From contig OX597828.1 in the NCBI GenBank assembly GCA_951406725.2, forward strand, positions 33,232,001-33,296,000: a DNA stretch of 64,000 bases, given 5' to 3'. A program made the translations under genes and the position numbers. This document shows positions 1 to 12,069 of the stretch, piece after piece (the stretch's first letter is position 1; every line of letters starts with the position of its first letter). This DNA is from Octopus vulgaris. Lineage: Eukaryota. Below the pieces are notes generated by a model, which saw nothing but the letters and a program-made list of their open reading frames with translations, was not told the DNA's origin and made no database searches.

Positions 1-84
1 AAAACTGTGAGTAGTGAAATGCAGAATTAGGTCGGCTGATCGTGAAAATCAAATATTGATTGCTTTGTTAAAAACTTCAGGTGG

Positions 85-498
85 TATGGGTTATTTCCCT
101 TGGGTTGTTTAAATAAAATATTAGTAATATATAGTAGATAGAAGGATCCAGTGGAAGAGACCTTTTATCGATTTTTTCAACAATCTAAATATGTCACGAG
201 GTTTCCAGACACGAGGTCTACTCACGTGTCACATAAAGTGATATTTGCAAAAATTAGAAATTGGACACACAAAAATATCAATATTCAAAGTAATCGAACA
301 TAAACAATGAAATGATTTCCCTTGAGTGTTTAAAAAATAGTGCAGATGCTATGGATTATTTCCCTTGGGTGTTTAAAAAAATTAAGTTATATGAGGTCAA
401 TATAAAGGTCCCTTCCAAAGGGGCCGCATTATCAATTTTTTCAACAATCGAAGTATGTCACGGGTTTTCCAGACATGAGTTATACTCACTTGTCAAGA
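85..498. repeat. Two diverged direct copies of a ~145 bp unit (about 85-232 and 353-498)
   Basis: Shared blocks ttatttcccttgggt, ttttttcaacaatc, tatgtcacg, tttccagaca and tactcac occur in the same order in both copies. Confidence 0.7.
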
Positions 499-1492
499 CG
501 TTAGCTAACAACTCCACAAACAAACACACACCAATTTTCCACTAATATGATTATGTTTCTGTGTGTGTGTTTGTATACGCATGTATATGCATGCATGTGT
601 ATGTGCCTATATATGTGTATATGTGTATATATATGCATGCGTATGGGTTTAAATACACAACTATGCGGGCCTATGTAATAATGCATACACACACATATAT
701 GCATATATGTGCGTGCTTATATCAATATACACTTCTTTCTTTCTTTCTCTCTGATTCCTCAACCCACACTATCACATTATACAGTAGAATAAACGTCTAT
801 TTATTGAAACTTTACCATACTTAGTATTCTTCCCTTCCAATTTGTGGTTTACTACTCACTTTAGAAAATCTTCCTGTTATATCTTTTTCTGTACCCGTCC
901 CTTCCAGCATATCACACAACCTCCCACATATTACTTACTTACATCCTTATCTCTTCCTACACTTCGCTACTCCCAATACCTCATAATATCTTGGCCATCA
1001 ACTAACACTCCTTTCACTTTTTCATTTCCTTACACGTTTTCATTTTCCCTTCTATTCACTTTCTCTCCCTCTTTGTTTCCATGTTTTTTTTTCTCACCTT
1101 TTCTTTTGACCTCTATTCATTTTAACATACACATCTCTTCTTGCCTCTCAATCCACTTAATACTACTACGACATTCTCAAATATTCATTCACACCACAAG
1201 ACCTATTTGACTGAACAGCACATGGAAAATACGTCTCAACACTTTCCATTTGTGCTGACAAAATATAAATTCCTTTTGGAATTTACATATCACGGAGAGG
1301 AAGCATTTCTACCACTTCTACACACCACTTTCCTTGGATAATGGAACTGCAACTATAACAACCTTAAACAAATTTAATTTTATTTCTACATTCATTCTCC
1401 TATTTCCCTATATACTCCTTATTTGCTTTCTTTTCCAAAATAACTCCTTATAATGAACTCTAATATTTCTCTCTATTTATCCATCTCACGTC

Positions 1493-1530
1493 GTCTCTGA
1501 TGAAGGGATATCCTTAATATCCCAGAAACA
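1493..1530 (+). ncRNA. Hammerhead ribozyme, 5' part (stem III lost)
   Basis: gtct-CTGATGA-A-GGGATAT-cctta-ATATCCC-A-GAAAC. The missing 3' part (GAAACAGCTGTA-agac) is seen in the sister fragment at 4281-4311. Confidence 0.7.
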
Positions 1531-1640
1531 TTCCTTTATGAATATCCTGAAAATTCCACACGATAGTTGCTTTGTTGTGTCAGTTTATTTAATAGAAACA
1601 CATACAACACATACATATATATATATACATTTATATATCA

Positions 1641-1797
1641 CGGGCGCCTTTCAGTTTCAGCCTACGGAATCCACTCACAAAGATTGCATCGGCCTGTGGC
1701 TACAGTAGAACACACTTGCCTAATGAGCCACGTAGTGAGACTGAGCCGGAAACCATGTTGTAAGTCAGCTCTACTTACCACGCAGCCACTCCTGCCC
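1641..1797 (-). mobile_element. tRNA-derived SINE family A, 5' head (diverged)
   Basis: Reverse complement matches the head of the full copies at 4604 and 14040. Confidence 0.85.
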
Positions 1798-1837
<40 letters not shown>

Positions 1838-1932
1838 GTATGTGTGTATGTATGTATGTATGTATGTATGTATGTATGTATGTATGTATGTATGTATGTA
1901 TGTATGTATGTGTGTATATGTATGTATGTATG

Positions 1933-1994
<62 letters not shown>

Positions 1995-1996
<2 letters not shown>

Positions 1997-3280
1997 AATT
2001 AGAAAAAAACACCTTTTATCAATTCAAAATGAAAAATTAAATGACACCATCTAGAAAATTAAATATTTTGTGGTGGACTGTCGGTTGTTGTTGAATGTCT
2101 TCATAATGTATTTTTCGTATTTTTCTTAGTAAATACTTTCCGCCATTTTCATTGATGATTTATTCTATTTGTTTACACTAAGTCTTCACGCGTTTAATTT
2201 TTATAAACAATAAGACCTATATATCTTTTACGTTTAAAATTCAGTTATATTTTTTCATCGACAAGCTACGTAAAGATTTTTGCTTATAAATATTATTAGG
2301 CTTTTGAATTATATGTGGTTTGGTTATTATTGTTATTATTATTGTTGTTGAAATATTATTATTTTTATATATATTGATAGTTATAAGTTGTGATAGTTAT
2401 TTATTATGATATCTATTTATTTAGAACGCTTTATTATTATTTTTATAAAATGATTTAACGTATTACATATAATTTAATTTGAGAATTAATTATTGTTAGC
2501 CAATACATTATTTAATAATAAGGTGGTATATTTTTCAAGTAGTATTACATTTAAGTAAATTAATTTTATATTAATTGATATTTTGGTCAACATTATTATT
2601 GAGTGATATATTAAATCTATAGATACTACATATATATTAATTATATAGTTAGTTTTGTATAATGGATGTGTCTATATTTCAACCACTCCTTATTTTTGAA
2701 TCCAGTATTTATGGCTTGTACTAACTTTGTGTGTATTTATTATTATTAAGGTTTTTAGTATTAATTGCTTAATGGGTATTAGACTTTATTTGGATGTTTA
2801 TTAAATAGATCTATTAATTAATTATTTCATTTAATGTATATAGTTTAAAATGTTGTAATTACTTTACACTTGATGTATTTTTTAAAAGATTATTTACGTA
2901 TATTTATCAATTAATTATTTTATTATTGTAGTTATCTTTAACCTGATGAGTGGCTATATGTATATTGAAGAGATTTTCTTTTACTACTAACATTTTTACT
3001 ATAATGATTTCTTAAATATAGCCACGAAACACGTGTCTTTATTCTACCAAATATATACGTTTTATTTATTATTCTGCACATTACTTAATCATCGTTATAT
3101 TTTTTATCTTATATTTAATCTTTCTATTATATTTAATTTTCTATATGGTGCAATTTAATTTTTCATTTTGAATTGATAAAATGTGGGGTTTTTTCCAATT
3201 CATATATACATTATATTTTGTGAAATTTGATTTAGTATTTCTAAATGGAATATTTCCCTGTAAGTTTGGAATAATATTCC
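1995..3280. mobile_element. AT-rich Penelope-like non-autonomous element with ~75 bp inverted repeats and an internal hammerhead
   Basis: About 1995-2067 (ttttatcaattcaaaatgaaaaattaaat...agaaaattaaata) is the reverse complement of about 3130-3200. Hammerhead at 2943-3037. The tail at 3222-3281 recurs at 4411-4470. Confidence 0.55.
2943..3037 (+). ncRNA. Hammerhead ribozyme with long stem-II loop
   Basis: CTGATGA, then a perfect 10-bp stem GTGGCTATAT/ATATAGCCAC, then GAAA-CACGTG-TC (palindromic stem III, GUC site). Stem I appears decayed. Confidence 0.75.
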
Positions 3281-3340
3281 CTCATATATATTTATATATA
3301 TATATATAAACATATATACATATACATATACAAGTCTATA

Positions 3341-3396
<56 letters not shown>

Positions 3397-3439
3397 AGTG
3401 TGTGTGTGTGTGCGTGTGTGTGTGTGTAAATATTCGCTA

Positions 3440-3668
3440 GCCATTATAAAAGTTAGAGTTTCGGATGTCGGGGTGGAAACCCGCGCCGCTATCTCTTCAG
3501 TTATCCGGCCATCGAAAAAATGCTATGAAAGTGACACTGGCGTCATTTTCATAACATTTTTTCGTGGGCCGGGTAACTCAAGTGATGGCGCCGTGGCTCT
3601 TAGCCCGAAATCCGAAATTCGGAGTTTTATAATGGATACCGAATAATTGTCACATATATTTACAGATA
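3440..3668. mobile_element. Inverted pair of decayed hammerhead-type repeats; third copy at about 5053-5123 (-)
   Basis: Minus copy at 3440-3506 reads ataa-CTGAAGA-GAT...ATC-C-GAAAC. Plus copy at 3572-3635 ends ATCCGAAATTCGGAGTTttataatgg. 5053-5123 is the reverse complement of the same end. Confidence 0.55.
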
Positions 3669-3713
3669 AATTCCCCTATTTACATAATATCGAGGTCTCT
3701 TCCATTCTTTTCA

Positions 3714-3801
<88 letters not shown>

Positions 3802-3977
3802 TTCGGAGTTGTACTTGCATAGCAACTAGTTGAGATCGTCTGCAGAAACAAAACCAGTTGCCGCGTGGAAGGGATTTATAAGCCATTTAAAAAACACAAA
3901 AACCGTTCGATTCACTCCACCATTTAAATTAATATTTTCATCGCTTTGAAACTGCGACCTTTTCACTGACGAAATTT

Positions 3978-4035
<58 letters not shown>

Positions 4036-4038
<3 letters not shown>

Positions 4039-4150
4039 CGGGATCTCTGTGACCGACCAGGCTACCAGATGTTGCTACACATCGCTGGTCACAATGCGCT
4101 TCGCATTGTTTTAGCCTTCAAATTACGCCACCCCGCTGGCTAAGTGAGCA
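4036..4150 (-). mobile_element. SINE family B, 3' fragment
   Basis: Matches 26877-26990 (gaccgacca...acacatcgctggtcacaatgcg...gccaccccgctggctaa). Confidence 0.85.
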
Positions 4151-4152
4151 TG

Positions 4153-4228
<76 letters not shown>

Positions 4229-4481
4229 CGTGCGTGTGTGTGTGTGCGTGCGTGTGTGTGTGTGTGTGTGTGTGTGTATACCCTGGAATATCCCAGAAAC
4301 AGCTGTAAGACTTTGAATTTTTTCCTATAATAATAATGTATATAAGTTGAGATATTTGCCTTGCCTTGACGTTTGGTGTCTTCTTTAACAATTATATATC
4401 CGCTATATGTAAAATTTGATTTAGCATTTCTAAATTGAATTTTTCCCTGTAAGTTTGGAATAAGATTCCCGCATATTATTA

Positions 4482-4576
<95 letters not shown>

Positions 4577-4603
4577 ATTATTATTATTATTATTATATAT
4601 TAT

Positions 4604-4766
4604 AGGCGCAGGAGTGGCTGTGTGGTAAGTAGCTTGCTAACCAACCACATGGTTCTGGGTTCAGTCCCACTGCGTGGTATCTTGGGCAAGTGTCTTCTGC
4701 TATAGCCCCGGGCCGACCAATGCCTTGTGAGTGGATTTGGTAGACGGAAACTGAAAGAAGCCAGTC

Positions 4767-4848
<82 letters not shown>

Positions 4849-5050
4849 TTGTGTGTCTGTGTTTGTCCCTCTAGCATTGCTTGACAACCGATGCTGGTGT
4901 GTTTACGTCCCCGTCACTTAGCGGTTCGGCCAAAGAGACCGATAAAATAAGTACTGGGCTTACAAAGAATAAGTCCCGGGGTCGATTTGCTCGTCTAAAG
5001 GCGGTGCTCCAGCATGGCCGCAGTCAAATGACTGAAACAAGTAGAAGAGT
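4604..5050 (+). mobile_element. tRNA-derived SINE family A, full length
   Basis: Box A-like tggctgtgtgg and box B-like ggttcagtccc, internal (TA)n(TG)n, tail ending gactgaaacaagtagaagagt. Many copies in the window. Confidence 0.92.
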
Positions 5051-5732
5051 ATATCTGTAAATATAATATGTGACAATTATTCGGTTGCCATTATAAAACT
5101 CCGAGTTTCGGATGTCGGGGTAGTCTCGGTTACAACTTTGGAGCCCTATTATTCCGTTACAGCACTAACCTAACGTACCTAATCGTTTATGGAACGATAA
5201 ATATTGAAACCAAACCTAGGCGTAATTTGAAAGCAGCATGGCAGTTTCTCCGTGGCTCTATGGCTCTAGGAAGGAGGACATCGCATCAATAGGGAAGAGT
5301 ATACTCGAATAGGTTTATTCCAATATATGGCGCAGATGAAATACAACGTTTACCGCAATTAGAATCTAAAGTAAAGGGTCAAAATTAATGATAATTACAC
5401 AACAATACCAAAGTTATTGCAAGGAAAGCAATAACATTAACACTTTATTACATAACTTAATGTAACTATTGCTGTACGGCCTGAAATGGAGAATTACGTA
5501 TCTACAGAGACTCAACTACAATATTGAGTTGCTATTAAACGTCAGATTTTCTATGTACGATATTATATGAGTGTTCATGCAGAGCTGACCTAAAATGTAT
5601 TCAGAACTAAATCAAAGGGAGTGGATAAGTGTTGTCGTTTAGCCCGAGTTCAGCCTCCATTGAACTGGTCTGTCCTGCTGATACACACACACACATACAC
5701 ACACACACACACACATACACACGCATACATAC

Positions 5733-5765
<33 letters not shown>

Positions 5766-6599
5766 CACACACACACTCAAAGATGAATACGCGCAAAATA
5801 AAACACATGAATATGCAGAAAACATATATACATATATACACATGCATATATATATATATGTATATATATATATGCATACATACATACATACATACATACA
5901 TACATACATACATACATACATACATACATACATACATACATACATACGTACATACATACGTAATTCGTACACGTGTATGCACATGCACACTGACGCACAC
6001 ACATGCTCGGAAACAAATGAGAAGAACGTAGCTCCGATATCGGACAGATTCAACGACAATCGAAAAGATTGCAATAAGCAACGGAAATTTTGGAAAAAAT
6101 AAATAAGAAAACGAGTGGAAATCGAACCGGTGAGTGTGTTAATTGATAAGGCATTAAAACAGCATGACTCTCCACAAACACAATAATGTGTGTTTGTGTT
6201 TGTGTATGTGTGTGTTTGTGTGTGTGTTTGTTTGTTTGTGTGTGTGTGTGTGTTTGTGTGTGAATTTTGAATTTTATTTCACGATTTCTTACCAATACAC
6301 AAAGAATCAGTTCTAACCTAGATCCAATGCTCCTTCATTGGAATTTCAACACCAATAATAGGGTAATTTTGTTTATATGTACATGTGCAGATTTGTATGT
6401 TTTGTTTCATTGATGTATTCTTATGCACATAGTTGCATATATTTAAACGATAAACTTTGGGAAAGTTTTACAGATATTTACAGTTCCAGTGATGAATGGA
6501 TCTGTAGTCTTCGAATTAGCTTTCTGGTTTTGAGAAGCCTAATTTCTCAAGATTATGTATGAATGAATGAATGTATGAGTATGTGTACGCATGCATATA

Positions 6600-6740
6600 C
6601 ACCAAAACACATTAAAGCAGAAACATACCCCATAAAGTTCAACAAGTCTTTGGACAAAATTCTTTTAAAAAATCCCGGACAAACCTCCTACACCCGGATA
6701 TGTTTCCATAAACAATAACTCTCTCCTCGAGTGGACCATG
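6600..6740 (+). mobile_element. CR1/L2-type LINE ORF2 extreme 3' end
   Basis: Frameshifted peptide KSLDK..IPDKPPTPGYVSINNNSLLEW resembles typical CR1-group C-termini. Confidence 0.55.
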
Positions 6741-6937
6741 TTGTGCGATTCCTGATTTGCCAGGTGGTGCTATTATGTTATCCTGGCGTAGGCCAATACT
6801 GGCCGAAATCTAACAAAGTATCAAAGTATATATGAATATAATGGGAAGCCTTATGAAAATAAACAAAAGACGAAGACAGCTGGAATATAAACAAACAATT
6901 GTATTAGTATGGCGCTCAGGAATATAAATAAAACAAG

Positions 6938-6975
6938 TCTTTTACGTTTCGAGCCTACGCTCTTCAACAGAAAGA
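6938..6975 (-). ncRNA. Minimal hammerhead ribozyme (CUGUUGA core variant)
   Basis: tcttt-CTGTTGA-A-GAGC-gtag-GCTC-GAAAC-GTA-aaaga. Stem I is 5 bp, stem II 4 bp, with palindromic ACGT at stem III. Lies inside a repeat of about 6825-7090 related to about 47090-47330. Confidence 0.75.
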
Positions 6976-7401
6976 TACACAGAAAAGAAACACAGAAAGA
7001 AACACGGAGAGAAAAAAAATGCGTGCAGAAGCTAGCGAATCAACATGGCGATCAGGAAAAGGAATCCATGGGCGTGAGGTCTGGGGAATGAGAGGACCAA
7101 TCAATGCTACGACGTTGCGTATTCGATCTGTATGCGAATATTAGGGTCTCATCCATTGTCTTTTATTCAAATGCCTCTGCATAGCATCCTGCTAATTCAA
7201 AGCCAGGAATCTGCTCTGTTAGGCCCTGCTGATAACTAAATCCACGCCCTGCTGCCGACGCTTCGGCTCATTGCCGTTAAGGTTTTCTCTGCCTCCTACC
7301 ATTCGACTTGCCTGGCCTGGTAAGACGTGCCTGAAGATTTTTCTCCCTCTAGTGAGCAGACAGGTACTTCACCGCGACAATGTACTTGACTACACAGTTC
7401 A

Positions 7402-7563
7402 TTACATTATTTACATTTCACGGATATTTGTCCTCATCTTGATTGTTGTTGACACAACATTTCGGCTGATATACCCTCCAGTCTTCTTCAGGTGTCTTGG
7501 GGAAATTTCGAACCAGGGTTCTCATTCCTAAGGTATTTTTCATCCTCCTCCTCCTCCTCCTCC

Positions 7564-7598
<35 letters not shown>

Positions 7599-7700
7599 GT
7601 GGTCGTTGTTTTTGTTGTTGTTGTTCAGGTCACTGCTTGGAATCGAACTCGGCATCTTGGGGTTTGTAACCGGCGCTCTTAACCACTACGCCATACGCCC
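7402..7700 (-). mobile_element. tRNA-headed SINE-like element containing a hammerhead ribozyme (7451-7496)
   Basis: Head gggcgtaTGGCGTAGTGGttaagagcg...GAGTTCGATTCC, then a trinucleotide tract, then body with gacac-CTGAAGA-A-GACTG..CAGCC-GAAATGTT-gtgtc. Confidence 0.8.
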
Positions 7701-7709
7701 ACCGGCAAA

Positions 7710-8420
7710 CTGGTCCCAACAACATTCCACCAGATGTACTAAAAATATGTGATTTAGACGACACCATTCTTTGAATTTGCAAACAAACTACTAAATTACA
7801 ATGTGAAGCCAGAACAATGGTCTGAGATAGGCATGCTATCACTGCCCAAAACTAGAGACCTAAGTGATACTGGGAATTACAGAGGGATCAGTCTGTCTTC
7901 CATTGTTGAAAATATGGTCAACAAGATGATACTTAACCGAATACAGCCTAAGATAGACAAACAATTGCGACCAAATCAAAATGGATTCAGATCAGGACGG
8001 TCAAAATCTCCCATTGTTGCACTTAGAAGACTGATAGAGATAGTTAAGATCCATAACAGGAAGGCTGTCATTATTTATGTAGACTTTGACAATGCTTTTG
8101 ATTCAGTACTTAGAGGAATGGTGATGAAGATACTTAAAGTATATGATATTCCACCAAGAATTCTGAGAGCAATAAGTAAGCGAAAGTGACCACTCCTGAT
8201 AGAGAGACGGAATATTTTAAAGTCAAAGCTGGAATATTACAAGACGACACACTAGCAACTTATCTCTTCGCCATCGTTCTGGACTACGTAATGCGTACAA
8301 CGTATGAGGGCAAGGAAAGTGAACTGGGATTCCAACTGCATGGGCAAAGAAGTAGACGGCATCAAGCTGTAACAGTAACTGACCTAGACTATGCTGATGT
8401 CCTGGCATTACTAACAGAGA
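7710..8420 (+). mobile_element. RTE-group LINE reverse transcriptase fragment (frameshifted)
   Basis: ORFs 7803-8189 and 8186-8482: LPK..DLSDTGNYRGISL, QNGFRSGRS, YVDFDNAFDSV, GILQDDTLATYLF, LDYADVLALL. Confidence 0.93.
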
Positions 8421-9193
8421 GGCCAACTTCCTCTTTAGCTTGTTTTTGTTTTACTTTATTTGTTCTTACTCTAAGTAAATGACCTTCTTTATCTTTAGGA
8501 AGGTTATCAAAGAACATGAAGCAAGTGAAACAGTTTCAAGTGAGTATCGAAAGCCAATCCACGACTTTATTGAGGCCGCGTGAGCGAACTTATATCTTAA
8601 TCTACTTTGTTCGCTTAGAAGTCTGTTTCCAAATTAACTTTTGCGAAGACACTAAACCTACTCGTCTAGCGTATGGACAGATGAAGGATGATAATAAAAG
8701 CAATTAGTATTTCCTACTATCTATCACTATACATTTCACTTAACTGCTTGAAATGCTAGCATAAACTTTAACCTTGCTCAAGAGAAATCAATAGTGGAAA
8801 CCTAGTAAATTCATTGTTTTCATTAATCTGCTTGCTAGTAGCACACTGCTGTCCAACACAAGTTGTGTTGGCGGTGACAGTCAAAAGCAGCAGCAAAATT
8901 AGATAGGCTGTAATCAACATTGATGCCATGATAAATATCCACATTCTTGCTTAAAACGTCGTTCTTCGCGTTTAAGTGGAACCATAATTCTGAGTTACAA
9001 TTAAAATTTGCAATTTACATCATACGTTTAATGAGATGTACGGGTAGGAATTTGTATTATAGTTATTTGCACTTTCCTGCTGTGAAGAATCAACCAATTC
9101 GAAGGCATCTTTATGATTTCATATGCATATTTATGCAAACAATACACACATGCATACACAGATACACACGCATATAAACACACATATGTAGGC

Positions 9194-9259
<66 letters not shown>

Positions 9260-9366
9260 GTGTGTATATATATATACATATATATATATGTACAAATATA
9301 TATATATATATATATAATATGTATATATATATATATATATATACATATATACATATATTTATATAT

Positions 9367-9411
<45 letters not shown>

Positions 9412-9412
9412 T

Positions 9413-9504
<92 letters not shown>

Positions 9505-10104
9505 GTATATATATATATATATGGGTAGCGTGTTTTGGGGAATTATGTATGATGTTTACGTACATACGTCTCTTCACTGGGTTCGCTGTTTTATCTCTAG
9601 CTTCGAATGAGTGTCACGCACATACATCAACATAATGAGAAGACATGCTTTGTACCTGAAATTACAAATACCTACGATCGAACAGCTTAAATTACCAGGG
9701 AAACAGCATGTGTACACTTAAAGACACGCATATACAAATATTTAATATATTTAATACAGGCCCTATGCAAATGCACAATTATATATGCGTGTGTACGCTT
9801 GTATACATATACATAACATACGTATATAAATATGTATTCATATATATATATATATATATATATATGTAGATATGCACACATTCACCCATATAGACATATA
9901 CATATATTTATATATATATATCTGAATATATAAGTGTTTGTGTTTTGAGTGTGTGCGTGTGTGTGCGTGCGTGTGTGTGTGTGTATGTGTGTGTGTCTTT
10001 ATATATACATATATAAACAGAAACACACTCCCTCCACAACTTGCATTTTATTTCTTCCATTATGTGTATTAGTCGGAGTGAATTTGTATTTATGTGTAAG
10101 CATC

Positions 10105-10750
10105 TACGTGTTTTATGTTCATTAGAAATATTCAATGTTTTTCATTTCTAAATTTATTCCTGTCGAATTTTATCCCTAATTTTTGTGGTTATAGAACCTA
10201 GCTGTTCTTTCTAGCGTGTAGAATCCCTATAAGTGGATTCCTTATGTGTTTAAATATACACTATATCGTATAACTAATATATAGTCTTTTGAGTAAATAT
10301 TTTTACACGTTAGACCACTGGAAATGTAAATTTTAATTAATTTCCATTTCCCTTTGATATGATTAAATACTGTAATCTTTTGGATAATTTTCGGTTTTAA
10401 AAGTTGGCGGTTTTTATGGCCAGCGAAGGACTGCGACTGCGCAGTAAATTTTGAAAAAGTTAGGACGTATAAACACGAGACAAGTAGTTTTGATTGTCTC
10501 GTGTGTATACGTTTAACCCTAGGTTGGAACCTAGTGAGTTCTCCTTGACTCGCTAAAATAAGATCAGAAACCAATTGGTCCAGGAAACTAGATGGTAAAT
10601 GTTTTTCATTTCTAAATTTATTCTTGTCGAGTTTTATGCCTGATTTTTGTGGTTATAGAACCTAGCTGTTTCTTCTAGCATGTAGAATACCTATAAGTGG
10701 ATTCCTTATGTGTTTAAATATACACTACATCGTATGTTTCATGTTCATTA
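10105..10750 (+). repeat. ~136 bp direct repeats (10134-10269 and 10598-10733) flanking a decayed hammerhead-like motif; pseudo-LTR-like
   Basis: Two highly similar copies of aatgtttttcatttctaaatttattc...aatatacacta. The spacer contains CTAGTGA-GTTCT...AGATC-A-GAAACCAATTGGTC. Confidence 0.7.
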
Positions 10751-10878
10751 GATAGATAAATAGATACATACATACATACATACATACATACATACATACA
10801 TACATACATACATACATACATACATACATACATACATACATACATACATACATAACTAGACAGATAGATAGATAAATA

Positions 10879-11460
10879 TATTGAGATGGCAACTAAGTTC
10901 CCGCCGTTTTTTTTTTAATTTTGGATTTTATTGCATTTTCAAATTTTGGAATCTATTTTTTTTTTTTTTTCGAGAATTCTATTTTTGAATCATTTTGGAA
11001 TCTATTTTGTCTCTTTTCTAGTTAATTTTAGTTAATATTTGTTTATTTTCAAATCATTAAAATGGAATGTCGAGTTAAGACAGACGAGCATTTTCGACAC
11101 CTTCTTTTTGCTTGTAATCAAGGTTCTAAGGCCGCAAAAGCTGCTCGCGGCAGTTATGCTGTGTACAGAGCGGGTGCCATAGCTGAAAGAACCGCTCGCA
11201 ATTGGTATGCCAATTTTTAAAAAATTGAAATTTTGACTCCAAAGGCGCACCGCTTTCTGGCCGTCCAACTTTTGCATGAACATTCTTGTCAAACGACAAG
11301 GGGATTGGCGGAGAAAGTGAAATGCTCCCACACTGCTATAGAGACGCATCTGCACTCGATGGGAAACGTCCGGAAGTATGGAGCATGGCAACAACAAAAA
11401 CCAACAAAAGCCATATATATATATGCACATTGCTATCTCTTTTCGGTCTCTCTTACACAT
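10879..11460 (+). mobile_element. Mariner transposon 5' portion (decayed transposase HTH)
   Basis: TIR-like ta-ttgagatggcaactaagttc. Peptide MECRVKTDEHFRHLLFA..KAAKAAR..AIAERTARNWYANF..SGRP. Confidence 0.85.
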
Positions 11461-11998
11461 CAATAATAATGAGGAATATGAAAGAAACATCAACACATGT
11501 CAATGAGCGTTGTTAGGTCAAAAAGTAAATACTGAAAAAACGAAACCATAACACAGCCAATCAAAGAACGATGGACTAGAACGGGTTGAATTGCTTCTTT
11601 TCAAGGCAGCGCTGTCAGCGGCCACTGGTAGTTGTAAACACACTTAACCTCAGCTGAACCGAAGGGTTGCCAAGATCCTTTGGTCTCTATAGCTGACCTC
11701 TCCATCATCTGCTGAATCTATTTATAGACCTGTAAACTATGATCTATTCACCAATCTGCTGCCCAACTCGTTGTGATGATGGTGATAAGGAAAAAAAATC
11801 TAAAATAATATGCTACAGCTGCTGATATTAAATACTTTTAATACAACTCCTACAATTATGATAGCGCAGGAATCTGAGGCCCAACTACCACGCCTACCAC
11901 TACACCCACTACTGCTACTGTTGCTGCAACCACTGCTACTACTACACATAAAAACAATAATACCAGTGATATCAATGATGATGATGATGATCATCATG

Positions 11999-12034
<36 letters not shown>

Positions 12035-12069
12035 GTAATAATGATGATAATAATAATTATTATCATTAT

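Noticed and set aside
7625-7700. tRNA gene candidates here and at 27110-27184, 43652-43725 and 48722-48812
   Set aside because: A and B boxes are present, but acceptor and anticodon stems do not close and each continues into a repeat body. They are SINE heads.
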